A model generated the notes under the pieces. The model did not search any database, was not told the origin of the DNA, and worked only from the letters and a program-made list of their open reading frames with translations. A stretch of DNA of 64,000 bases from Squalus acanthias (taxonomy: Eukaryota): NCBI GenBank assembly GCA_030390025.1, contig JASTWF010000353.1, forward strand, positions 1-64,000, given 5' to 3'. The translations under genes were made by a program, and so were the position numbers. Shown here in pieces: positions 38,463 to 50,365 of this stretch (positions are counted from its first letter, which is position 1; each line of letters begins with the position of its first letter).

Positions 38463-41400
38463 AGAGAGACCCCTGTCTCTGGGGGGGAGAGAGACCCCTG
38501 TCTCTGGGGGGGAGAGAGACCCCTGTCTCTGGGAGTAGACCCCTGTCTCTGGGGGGGAGAGAGAGACCCCTGTCTCTGGGGGGGAGAGAGACCCCTGTCT
38601 CTGGGGGGGAGAGAGACCCCTGTCTCTGGGGGGGAGAGAGACCCCTGTCTCTGGGAGTAGACCCCTGTCTCTGGGGGGGAGAGAGAGACCCCTGTCTCTG
38701 GGGGGAGAGAGAGACCCCTGTCTCTGGGGGGGAGAGAGACCCCTGTCTCTGGGGGGGAGAGAGACCCCTGTCTCTGGTAGTAGACCCCTGTCTCTGGGGG
38801 GGAGAGAGAGACCCCTGTCTCTGGGGGAGAGAGAGACCCCTGTCTCTGGGGGGAGAGAGAGACCCCTGTCTCTGGGGGGAGAGAGAGATCCCTGTCTCTG
38901 GGGGGAGAGGGAGACCCCTGTCTCTGGGGGAGAGAGAGACCCCTGTCTCTGGGGGGAGAGAGAGACCCCTGTCTCTGGGAGGAGAGAGAGACCCCTGTCT
39001 CTGGGGGTCAGAGACCCCTGTCTCTGGGGGAGAGAGACCCCTGTCTCTGGGGGAGAGAGACCTCTTTTTCTGGGAGAGAGACCCCTGTCTCTGGGGGGAG
39101 AGAGACCCCTGTCTCTGGGGGGAGAGAGAGACCCCTGTCTCTGGGGGAGAGACTCCTGTCTCAGGGGGAGAGACCCCTGTCTCTGGGGGAGAGAGACCCC
39201 TGTCTCTGGGGGGAGAGAGAGACCCCTGTCTCTGGGGAGGAGAGAGACCCCTGTCTCTGGGGAGGAGAGAGACCCCTGTCTCTGGGGGGGGGGGGAGACA
39301 CCTGCCTCTGGGGGGGGGAGACGCCTGTCTCTGGGGGGAGACCCCTGTCTCTGGGGGGAGAGAGAGACCCCTGTCTCTGGGGGGAGAGAGAGACCCCAGT
39401 CTCTAGGGGGGTGAGACCCCTGTCTCTGGGGGGGGGGTTGGTGAGACCCCTGTCTCTGGGGGGAGATAGAGACCCCTGTCTCTGGGGGGAGAGACCCCTG
39501 TCTCTGGGGGTAGAGAGAGACCCCTGTCTCTGGGGGAGAGAGAGACCCCTGTCTCTGGGGGAGAGACCCCTGTCTCAGGGGGAGAGACCCCTGTCTCAGG
39601 GGGAGAGACCCCTGTCTCAGGGGGAGAGAGACCCCTGTCTCTGGGGGGAGAGAGAGACCCCTGTCTCTGGGGAGGAGAGAGACCCCTGTCTCTGGGGAGG
39701 AGAGAGACCCCTGTCTCTGGGGGGGGGGAGACACCTGCCTCTGGGGGGGGAGACGCTGTCTTGGGGGAGACCCTGTCTCTGGGGGGAGACCCCTGTCTCT
39801 GGGGGGAGAGAGAGACCCCTGTCTCTGGGGGGAGAGAGAGACCCCAGTCTCTGGGGGGGTGAGACCCCTGTCTCTGGGGGGGGGGGGGTTGGTGAGACCC
39901 CTGTCTCTGGGGGGAGATAGAGACCCCTGTCTCTGGGGGGAGAGACCCCTGTCTCTGGGGGGAGAGAGAGACCCCTGTCTCTGGGGGAGATACCCCTGTC
40001 TCTGGGGGGAGACCCCTGTCTCTGGGGGGGGGAGACTCCTGTCTCTGGGGGGAGGGAGAGACCCCTGTCTCTGGGGAGGAGAGAGACCCCTGTCTCTGGG
40101 GGAGAGAGACCCCTTTCTCTGAGGGGGAGACCACTGTCTCTGGGGGAGAGCCCTGTCTCTGGGGAGAGAGACCCCTGTCTCTGGGGGGAGACCCCTGTCT
40201 ATGGGGGGAGAGACCTCTGTCTCTGGGGGAGAGACCCCTGTCTCTGGGGGGAGACCCCTGTCTCTGGGGGGGAGAGACCCCTGTCTCTGGGGGGGAGACC
40301 CCTGTCTCTGGGGGGGAGAGACCCCTGTCTCTGGGGGGGAGAGACCCCTGTCTCTGGGGGAGAGAGACCCCTGTCTCTGGGGGAGAGAGACCCCTGTTTC
40401 TGGGGGGAGAGAGACCTCTGTCTCTGGGGGGAGAGAGAGACCCCTGTCTCTGGGGGAGAGACCCCTGTCTCTGGGGGAGAGAGACCCCTGTCTCTGGGGG
40501 AGAGAGACCCCTGTCTCTGGGGGGAGAGAGAGACCCCTGTCTCTGGGGAGGAGAGAGACCCCTGTCTCTGGGGGGGGGGGGGAGACACCTGCCTCTGGGG
40601 GGGGGGGGGGAGACGCCTGTCACTTGGGGGAGACCCCTGTCTCTGGGGGGAGAGAGAGACCCCTGTCTCTGCGGGGAGAGAGAGACCCCGGTCTCTGGGG
40701 GGTGAGACCCCTGTCTCTGTGGGGGGGAGAGACGCCTGTCTCTGGGGGGAGATAGAGACCCCTGTCTCTGGGGGGAGAGACCCCTGTCTCTGGGGGGAGA
40801 GAGAGACCCCTGTCTCTGGGGGGAGAGAGAGACCCCTGTCTCTGGGGGAGAGACCCCTGTCTCTGGGGGAGAGAGACCCCTGTCTCTGGGGGAGAGACCC
40901 CTGTCTCTGGGGGAGAGAGAGAACCCTGTCTCTGGGGGGAGAGAGAGACCCCCGTCTCTGGGGGGGGGGAGACCCCTGCCTCTGGGGGGAGATGCCTGTC
41001 TCTGGGGGGAGACCCCTGTCTCTGGGGGGAGACCCCTGTCTCTGGGGGGAGAGAGAGACCCCTGTCTCTGGGGAGAGAGAGATACCCCTGTCTCTGGGGG
41101 GGAGAGAGACCCCTGTCTCTGGGGGGGGGGGGAGACCCCTGTCTCTGGGGGGGGAGACCCCTTTCTCTGGGGGGAGATAGCGACCCCTGTCTCTGGGGGG
41201 GGGGGGGAGAGATCCCTGTCTCTGGGGGGGGGGGAGAGACCCCTGTCTCTGGGGGAGAGACCCCTGTCTCTGGGGGAATGAGACCTCTGTCTCTGGGGGC
41301 AGAGATACCCCTGTCTCTGGGGGGAGACCCCCATCTCTGGGGGGGGGGGGAGACTCCTGTCTCTGGGGGGAGAGAGAGACCCCTGTCTCTGGGGAGGAGA

Positions 41401-44400
41401 GAGACCCCTGTCTCTGGGGGAGAGAGACCCCTTTCTCTGAGGGGGAGACCACTGTCTCTGGGGGAGACCCTGTCTCTGGGGGGAGACCCCTGTCTATGGG
41501 GGGGAGAGACCCCTGTCTCTGGGGGAGAGACCCCTGTCTCTGGGGAGAGAGACCCCTGTCTCTGGGAGGGAGAACCCTGTCTCTGGGGAGAGAGAGCCCT
41601 GTCTCTGAGGAGAGAGACCCCTGTCTCTGTGGGGGGGGGGGGGGGGGGGGAGACTCCTGTCTCTGGGGGGAGAGAGAGACCCCTGTCTCTGGGGAGGAGA
41701 GAGACCCCTGTCTCTGGGGGAGAGACCCCTTTCTCTGAGGGGGAGACCCCTGTCTCTGCGGGGAGACCCCTGTCTCTGGGGAGAGAGACCCCTGTCTCTG
41801 GGAGGAGACCCCTGTCTCTGGGGGGAGAGACCCCTGTCTCTGGGGGGGAGACCTCTGTCTCTGGGGGGTGGGGAGACCCCTGTCTCTGGGGGGTGAGTCC
41901 CTGTCTCTGGGGGGGGGGAGACCCCTGTCTCTGGGGAGAGAGACCCCTGTCTCTGGGAGGAGACCCCTGTCTCTGGGGAGAGAGACCCCTGTCTCTGCGG
42001 GAGTGAGACCTCTGTCTCTGGGGGCAGAGATACGCCTGTCTCTGGGGGGAGAACCGCATCTCTGGGGGGGGGGGGAGACTCCTGTCTCTGGGGGGAGAGA
42101 GACCCCTGTCTCTGGGGAGGAGAGAGACCCCTGTCTCTGGGGGAGAGAGACCCCTTTCTCTGAGGGGGAGCCCCCTGTCTCTGGGGGGAGCCCCCTGTCT
42201 CTGGGAGAGACCCCTGTCTCTGGGGGGGGAGAACCCTGTCTCTGGGGGGGAGAGACCCCTATCTCTGGGGGGGAGAGACCCCTGTCTCTGGGGGGAGAGA
42301 CCCCTGTCTCTGGGGGGGAGAGACACCTGTCTCTGGGGAGAGAGACCCCTGTCCCTGGGGGAGAGAGAGACCCCTGTCTCTGGGGGGAGAGACCCCTGTC
42401 TCTGGGGAAGGAGAGACCCCTCTCTCTAGGGTGGGGAGACCCCTGTCTCTGGGGGGGAGAGACCCCTGTCTCTGGGGGGGAGAGACCCCTGTCTCTGGGG
42501 GGGAGAGACCCCTGTCTCTGGGGGGGAGAGACACCTGTCTCTGGGGAGAGAGACCCCTGTCCCTGGGGGAGAGAGAGACCCCTGTCTCTGGGGGGAGAGA
42601 CCCCTGTCTCTGAGGGAGAGACCCCTGTCTCTGGGGGGAGAGACCCCTGTCTCTGGGGAGAGAGATCCCTGTCTCTGAGGAGAGAGACCCCTGTCTCTGG
42701 GGGGGGGAGAGACCACTGTCTCTGGGGGGAGGGGGGGAGACCCCTGTCTCCGTGGGGGAGAGACCCCTTTCTCTGAGGGGGAGATCCCTGTCTCTGCGGG
42801 GAGACACCTGTCTCTGCGGGGAGACCCCTGTCTCTGGGGAGAGAGACCCCTGACTCTGGGGGAGAGACCACTGTCTCTGGGGGAGAGACCCGTGTCTCTG
42901 GGGAGGAGACCCCTGTCTCTGGGGAGAGAGACCCCTTTCTCTGGGGGGGGAGACCCCTGTCTCTGGGGGGTGGGGAGACCCCTGTCTCTGGGGGGTGAGT
43001 CCCTGTCTCTGGGGGGGGGGGGAGACCCCTGTCTCTGGGGAGAGAGACCCCTGTCTCTGGGGGAGTGAGACCTCTGTCTCTGGGGGCAGAGATACGCCTG
43101 TCTCTGGGGGGAGACCCCCATCACTGGGGGAGCAGGAGACTCCTGTCTCTGGTGGGAGAGAGAGACCCCTGTCTCTGGGGAGGAGAGAGACCCCTGTCTC
43201 TGGGGGAGAGAGACCCCTTTCTCTGAGGGGGAGACCACTGTCTCTGGGGGGAGCCCCCTGTCTCTGGGGGAGACCCCTGTCTCTGGGGAGAGAGAGCCCT
43301 GTCTCTGAGGAGAGAGACCCCTGTCTCTGGGGGAGGGGGGAGAGACCACTGTCACTGGGGGGGGGAGACCCCTGTCTCTGTGGGGGAGAGACCCCTGTCT
43401 CTGGGGGGAGAGACCCCTGTCTCTGGGGGGGGGGAGATCCCTGTGTCTGGGGGAGAGACCCCTGTCTCTGGGGAGAGACCCCTGTCTCTGGGGGAGTGAG
43501 ACCTCTGTCTCTGGGGGCAGAGAGACCCTTGTCTCTGGGGGGGGGGGGAGACTCCTGTCTCTGGGGGGAGAGAGAGACCCCTGTCTCTGGGGAGGAGAGA
43601 GACCCCTGTCTCTGGGGGAGAGAGACCCCTGTCTCTGGGGGAGAGACCCCTTTCTCTGAGGGGGAGACCCCTGTCTCTGGGGAGAGAGACCCCTGTCTCT
43701 GGGGGGAGACCCCTGTCTCTGGGGGGAGAGACCCCTGTCTCTGGGGGGGAGACCCCTGTCTCTGGGGGGAGACCCCTGTCTCTGGGGAGAGAGACCCCTT
43801 TCTCTGGGGGGGGAGACCCCTGTCTCTGCGGGGGGAGGGCAACCCCTGTCTCTGGGGGGTGAGTCCCTGTCTCTGGGGGGGGGGTGAGAGACCCCTGTCT
43901 CTGGCGAGAGAGACTCCTGTCTCTGGGTGGGGGGAGACCCCTGTCTCTGGGGAGAGAGACCCCTGTCTCTGGGGGAGTGAGACCTCTGTCTCTGGGGGCA
44001 GAGAGACCCCTGTCTCTGGGGGGAGACCCCGTCTCTGCGGGGGTGGGGGGGGAGACTCCTGTCTCTGGGGGGAGAGAGAGACCCCTGTCTCAGAGGAGGA
44101 GAGAGACCCCTGTCTCTGGGGGAGAGAGACTCCTGTCTCTGGGGGAGAGACCCCTTTCTCTGAGGGGGAGACCCCTGTCTCTGGGGGGAGACCCCTGTCT
44201 CTGGGGAGAGAGACCCCTGTCTCTGGGGGGAGACCCTTGTCTCTGGGGGGGAGAGACCCCTGTCTCTGGGGGGTAGAGACACCTGTCTCTGGGGGGGAGA
44301 GACCCCTGTCTCTGGGGGGAGACCACTGTCTCTGGGGGGGAGAAACCCCTGTCTCTGGGGGAGCGAGACCCCAGTCTCTGGTGGGAGACCCATGTCTCTG

Positions 44401-45605
44401 GGGGGGAGAGACTTCTGTCTCTGGGGGGGAGACCCCTGTCTCTGGGGAGAGGGACACCTGTCTCTGGGGGGGGAGAGACCCCTGTCTCTGGGGGGGAGAG
44501 ACCCCTGTCTTTGGGGGGGAAGAGCGACCCCTGTCTCTTGGGGGGAGAGACCCCTGTCTCTGGGGGGGAGAGACCCCTGTCTCTGGGGGGAGAGACCCCT
44601 GTCTCTGGGGGGGAGAGACCCCTGTCTCTGGGGGGAGAGACCCCTGTCTCTGGGGGGAGAGACCCCTTTATCTGGGGAGAGAGACCCCTGTCCCTGGGGG
44701 AGAGAGAGACCCCTGTCTCTGGGGGGAGAGACCCCTGTCTCTGGGGAGAGAGACCCCTGTCTTTGGGGAGAGAGACCCCTGTCTCTGGGGGGAAGACCCT
44801 GTCTCTGGGGAGAGATACCCCTGTCTCTGGGGGGGGAGAGACCCCTGTCTCTGGGGGGGAGATACCCCTGTCTCTGGGGAGAGAGACCTCTGTCTCTGGG
44901 GAGAGAGACCCCTGTCTTTGGGGAGAGAGACCCCTGTCTCTGGGGGGGAGACCCTGTCTCTGGGGGGAGATACCCCTGTCTCTGGGGGTTGAGAGACCCC
45001 TGTCTCTGGGGGGAGAGACCCCTGTCTCTGGGGGGGAGAGACCCCTGTCTCTGGGGGGGAGACCCCTGTCTCTGGGGAGAGAGATCCCTTTCTCTGGGGG
45101 GTGGGGGAGACCCCTGTCTCTGGGGGGGGGGGGAGACCCCTTTCTCTGGGGGGGAGAGACCCCTGTCTCTGGGGGGGTGGAGACCCCTGTCTCTGGGTGT
45201 GGGGAGACCCCTGTCTCTGGGGAGAGACCCCTGTCTCTGGGGGAGAGACCCCTTTCTCTGGGGGGGGGGAGACCCCTGTCTCTGGGGGGTGAGTCCCTGT
45301 CTCTGGGCGGGGGAGACCCCTGTCTCTGGGGGGGAGAGACCCCTGTCTCTGGGGGGGGAGACCCCTGTCTCTGGGGAGAGACCCCTGTCTCTGGGGAGAC
45401 ACCCCTGTCTCTGGGGGAGAGACCCCTGTCTCTTGGGGGGGGAGACCCCTGTCTCTGGGGGGAGACCCCTGTCTCTGGGGGCGAGTCCCTGTCTCTGGGG
45501 GGGGGGAGACCCCTGTCTCTGGGGGGGAGGCCCCTGTCTCTGGGGGGAGACCCCTGTCTCTGGGGGGGAGTCCCTGTCTCTGTGGGGGGAGACCCCTGTC
45601 TCTGG
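38463..45605. repeat. G-rich minisatellite, unit GAGAGACCCCTGTCTCTGGGG(G)n
   Basis: Read directly; inverted relative to 28385-30070. Confidence 0.98.
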
Positions 45606-45739
45606 TGGCGGGGGTGTGGGGAGATCAGTAAGTTCTGTGACGGATCCTTGGTCAGTACCTCCTCAGTTGTAACTTGTATTTAAATGATTTGAGTTGAGCC
45701 GCTCTGTGACGATCAGTGTCCTCAAACCCTCTGAACACC

Positions 45740-45985
45740 AAACAACAACTACAGTAACCTGCGTTTACACAGCACCTTCATTCTGGAAAACCTCCCAAGG
45801 CACTTTACAAATGGGCAATCAGAGAAAAACCCACACCGGGCCAAAGCAGGAGATATCAGAAGGGACCGAAGACTTGGTGAAAGGTGTCTTTCCACAGGGA
45901 GAGATGGGCAGGTTTGAGGGCGATTTCCAGATCGTGGGGCCCTGGTGGCTGAAGGTACGGCCGCCAATGGTGGATGCACAGGAGG
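45740..45985 (-). mobile_element. L2 LINE 3' remnant (a similar remnant lies at ~47070-47160)
   Basis: ORF 45819-46082 STIGGRTFSHQGPTIW; reverse-strand TGTAAAGTGCCTTGGG...AAGGTGCT-type L2 tail. Confidence 0.6.
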
Positions 45986-46166
45986 CCAGAGGCAGCCTCT
46001 TGCAGCAAGATTGCAGGAGGAGGAGGAGCTGGTAACACACTCCCGGTCCTGAATTCACCCTGTTATACTTGTGCTGTGACAATTTGCCTCTCCCTGCTTT
46101 GGCTGAACATGAACAGTATGGGAAGCACGAGCATGGAGTGCCGCCTCAGTGAAAGAGCTGTAACTG

Positions 46167-46426
46167 TAATAGACAGTTTCCTAGAGGTAAAGGGAATTAG
46201 GGGTTACGGGGAGCGGGCAGGAAATTGGACATGAGGCTGAGTTCGGATCGGTCAAGGCCCTGTGGGTGGCGGAGCGGGCCCAGGGGCTGAGTGGCCGGGT
46301 CCTGCTCCTACTTCTTGTGTTCTTTAGATTTGAGGTTAGGATCAGATCAGCCATGATCTTATTGAATGGCGGAGCAGGCTCGAGGGGCCGATTGGCCTAC
46401 TCCTGCTCCTATTTCTTATGTTCTTA
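46167..46426 (+). mobile_element. Short 5'-truncated CR1 3' end, closely related to the 50366-55143 element
   Basis: IDSFLEVKGIRGYGERAG, CR1 tail TTCTTATGTTCTTA, TSD TAACTG at 46161-46166 and 46427-46432. Confidence 0.88.
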
Positions 46427-46515
46427 TAACTGAGTGGTGAGCCTGTGAAGGGCAGCTGTGGGCCTTTGGATACAAAGCAAGACGTTAACCTAATAAATCT
46501 ATCTTATTCTCTCAG

Positions 46516-46614
46516 GGAACCTAACAAAGCACATCAAGTCCAAGATACACGGTAAGAAGCGTGTGAAACCACAGGTCTGCACAGGTTCAGAGGAGCAGGT
46601 CCCGGCTGGAACAG
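46516..46614 (+). CDS. ZNF831: ZNF831 exon completing C-terminal finger 4 (3' boundary uncertain: 46551 or 46614)
   Basis: Acceptor TCTTATTCTCTCAG; phase 1 gives (G)NLTKHIKSKIHGKKRVKPQVCTGSEEQVPAGT, matching HIVEP GNLTKHMKSKAH. Confidence 0.85.
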
Positions 46615-46669
46615 GTACAGTATGTGCAGGCAGATTTCAGAAGAGATGATCAAAGTGTGTCCTAATTAT

Positions 46670-46758
46670 TGATAGGTCGCACAACACCAGGTTATAGTCC
46701 AACAGTTTTATTTTAAATCACAAGCTTTCGGAGTTACAACTCCTTCGTCAGGTGAAGT
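46670..46758 (-). ncRNA. Second ~90-nt Penelope-like terminal element with a minimal hammerhead fold
   Basis: Reverse strand TCAC-CTGACGA-A-GGAGTT(GT)AACTCC-GAAA-GCTT-GTGA; TSD CTAATTAT at 46662-46669 and 46759-46766. Confidence 0.72.
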
Positions 46759-47659
46759 CTAATTATAAAATGAAGCTAATTATTGATGACAAGGGTTAGT
46801 TTGTGCCCTGTGGGTGGAGAGTTCCACGCATCAACATGTCTGGATTGCCATGAGTTAGATACAGGAATCAGTTCTCCCTCTGAATGCACATCCACCCTCG
46901 ACCCTTCACATGACCTACAGACTCCATTCCCACTGCATGGCTTTCTAAGTGAGTTTGCCAAATTGGTGTAAGCTGAGAGAAAGTGAAATGGAAGGCCTGA
47001 GCCAAAGCTTTGTGTTCATTGGGAAATCAAACAGGAAGCATAGTCATCGGAATCAGCAAACTCACAGCGCAGGCTTGGGGAGGGAATTCCAGAGCATGGA
47101 TCCCTGGTGTCTGAATGCACGGCCGCCAATGGGGGGGCGAAGGGAAGTGGAGGATGCAGAGGCCAGAGCCAGTCCCTTCTGGCAAGATTCTGGTGGGAGG
47201 TGCTCTTGAAACATCCCTGGCCCATCACTGCTGTACCACTGCCCATTGCCAACTGGAACTTTCTACTCTCCTCCCGTGCCCTGCCCTTTCCCCGTATCCT
47301 TTTACATTCTTCCTTTCCAATCCTTGTCCAACTCCCTTGTAAATGAGGTTCCAGTCTCTGCCTCAGCAGCCCCCATGGTAAATATTTCCTGCTCTAATAC
47401 CCCTCTGTGTGAAAACCTTCCTTCTAACGTCCACTTCATCTTCCAGGGATACTCCTCAGTCTGGGTCCCCTCGTTACCCATTCACCAGCCAGTGCAAACA
47501 AGCTCACACTATTTACACTCTCACATTCTTTCACAATTGTGAAAAACCACTGCTCAAACCCCCTTACCAACTGTCCCAGGAAAAGGATCCCCAATTTTTG
47601 AGCCCCGTTTGATAACTCTACCCTCCCATTCTAGTGAATCTCACTGCCATAGGTGCATG

Positions 47660-50365
47660 ACTCACTCTCTGTATCTGCCCCTCACTCTCTGTATCTGCCC
47701 CTCACACTCTGTTTCTGCCCCTCACTCTCTGTATCTGCCCCTCGATCTCTGTATCTGTCCCTCACTCTCTGTATCTGTCTCTCACACTCTGTATCTGCCC
47801 CTCACTCTCTGTATCTGTCCCTCACTCTCTGTATCTGTGCCTCACTCTCTGTATCTGTGCCTCACTCTCTGTATCTGCCCCTCGATCTCTGTTGCTGCCC
47901 CTCGATGTCTGTATCTGCCCCTCACTCTCTGTATCTGCCCCTCACTCCCTGTATCTGCCCCTGACTCTCTGTATCTGCCCCTCACTCTCTGTATCTGCCC
48001 CTCACTCTCTGTATCTGCCCCTCACTCTCTGTATCTTCCCCTCACTCTCTGTATGTGTCCCTCACTCTCTGTATGTGTCCCTCACTCTCTGTATCTGCCC
48101 CTCAATCTCTGTAGGTGCCCCTCACTCTCTGTATGTGTCCCTCACTCTCTGTATCTCCCCTTAGTCTCTGTATCTGCCCCTCGATCTCTGTATCTGCCCC
48201 TCACTCTCCGTATCTGCCCCTCACTCTCCATATCTGCCTCTCACTCTCTGTATCTGCCCCTCACTCTCTGTATCTGCCCCTCACTCTGTGTATCTGCCCC
48301 TCACTCTCTCTATCTGCCCCTCACTCTATCTGCCTCATTCTCTGTATCTGCCCCTCACTCTCTGTTTCTGCCCCTTGATCTCTGTATCTGCCCCTTGATC
48401 TCTGTATCTGCCCCTCACTCTCTGTTTCTGTCCCTCACTCTCTGTATCTGCCCCTTGATCTCTGTATCTGCCCCTCACTCTCTGTTTCTGCCCCTCACTC
48501 TCTGTTTCTGCCCCTCACTCTGTTTCTGTCCCTCACTCTCTGTATCTGCCCCATACACTCTGGATCTGCCCCCCACTCTCTGTATCTGCCCCTCACTCTC
48601 TGTATGTGTCCCTCACTCTCTGTATGTGTCCCTCACTCTCTGTATCTGCCCCTCAATCTCTGTATGTGCCCCTCACTCTCTGTATGTGTCCCTCACTCTC
48701 TGTATCTCCCCTTACTCTCTGTATCTGCCCCTCGATCTCTGTATCTGCCCCTCACTCTCCGTATCTGCCCCTCACTCTCCATATCTGCCTCTCACTCTCT
48801 GTATCTGCCCCTCACTCTCTGTATCTGCCCCTCACTCTCTGTATCTGCCCCTCACTCTGTGTATCTGCCCCTCACTCTCTCTATCTGCCCCTCACTCTAT
48901 CTGCCTCATTCTCTGTATCTGCCCCTCACTCTCTGTTTCTGCCCCTCTATCTCTGTATCTGCCCCTTGATCTCTGTATCTGCCCCTCACTCTCTGTTTCT
49001 GTCCCTCACTCTCTGTATCTGCCCCTTGATCTCTGTATCTGCCCCTCACTCTCTGTTTCTGCCCCTCACTCTCTGTTTCTGCCCCTCACTCTGTTTCTGT
49101 CCCTCACTCTCTGTATCTGCCCCATACACTCTGGATCTGCCCCTCACTCTCTGTATCTGCCCCTCACTCTCTGTATCTGCCCCATACACTCTGCATCTGC
49201 CCCTCACTCTCTGTATCTGACCCTCACTCTCTGTATCTCCCCCTCACTCTCTGTATCTGCCCCTCGCTCTCTGTATCTGCCCCTCGCTCTCTGTTGCTTC
49301 CCCTCTCTGTATGTGCCCCATTATCTCTGTATCTGCCCCTCGATCTCTGTATCTGCCCCTCACTCTCTGTTTCTGCCCCTCACTCTCTGTATCTGCCCCA
49401 TACTCTCTGTATCTGCCCCATACTCTCTGTATCTGCCCCTCACTCTCTGTATCTGCCCCTCACTCTCTGTATCTGCCCCTCACTCTCTGTACCTGCCCCT
49501 CACTCTCTGTACCTGCCCCTCACTCTCTGTATCTGTCCCTCACTCTCTGTATCTGCCCCTCACTCTCTGCATCTGCCCCTCACTCTCTGCATCTGCCCCT
49601 CACTCTCTGTATCTGCCCCATACTCTCTGTATCTGCCCCTCACTCTCTGTATTTGCCCCATACACTCTGCTTCTGTCCCTCACTCTCTGTATCTGCCCCT
49701 CACTCTCTGCATCTGCCCCTCACTCTCTGCATCTGCCCCTCACTCTCTGTATCTGCCCCTCACTCTCTGTATCTGCCCCTCACTCTCTGTATCTGTCCCT
49801 CACTCTCTGTATCTGCCCCTCACACTCTGCATCTGCCCCTCACTCTCTGCATCTGCCCCTCACTCTCTGTATCTGCCCCATACTCTCTGTATCTGCCCCT
49901 CACTCTCTGTATTTGCCCCATACACTCTGCTTCTGTTCCTCACTCTCTGTATCTGACCCTCGCTCTCTGTATCTGACCCTCACTCTCTGTATCTGCCCCT
50001 CGATCTCTGTATCTGCCCCTCACTCCCTGTTTCAGCCCCTCTCTGTGTCTGCCCCATTATCTCTGTATCTGCCCCTCGATCTCTGTATCTGCCCCTCACT
50101 CTCTGTATCTGCCCATACTCTCTGTATCTGCCCCATACTCTCTGTATCTGCCCCATACTCTCTGTATCTGCCCCTCACTCTCTGTATCTGCCCCTCACTC
50201 TCTGTATCTGCCCCTCACTCTCTGTATCTGCCCCTCACTCTCTGTATCTGCCCCTCACTCTCTGTATCTGCCCCTCACTCTCTGTATCTGCCCCTCACTC
50301 TCTGTATCTGCCCCTCACTCTCTGTATCTGCCCCTCACGCTCTGTATCTGCCCCTCACTCTCTGT
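47660..50365. repeat. Minisatellite, 20-bp unit CTCACTCTCTGTATCTGCCC (left part)
   Basis: Read directly. Confidence 0.98.

Noticed and set aside
38421..45683. Long ORFs up to 890 aa (PETGVS/QRQGSL), also 28367-30109
   Set aside because: Tandem-repeat artefacts open on both strands, with frequent frame-shifting unit lengths
46783..46971. Possible further ZNF831 exon
   Set aside because: No convincing polypyrimidine acceptor or recognisable homology; the gene's 3' end cannot be placed in this window
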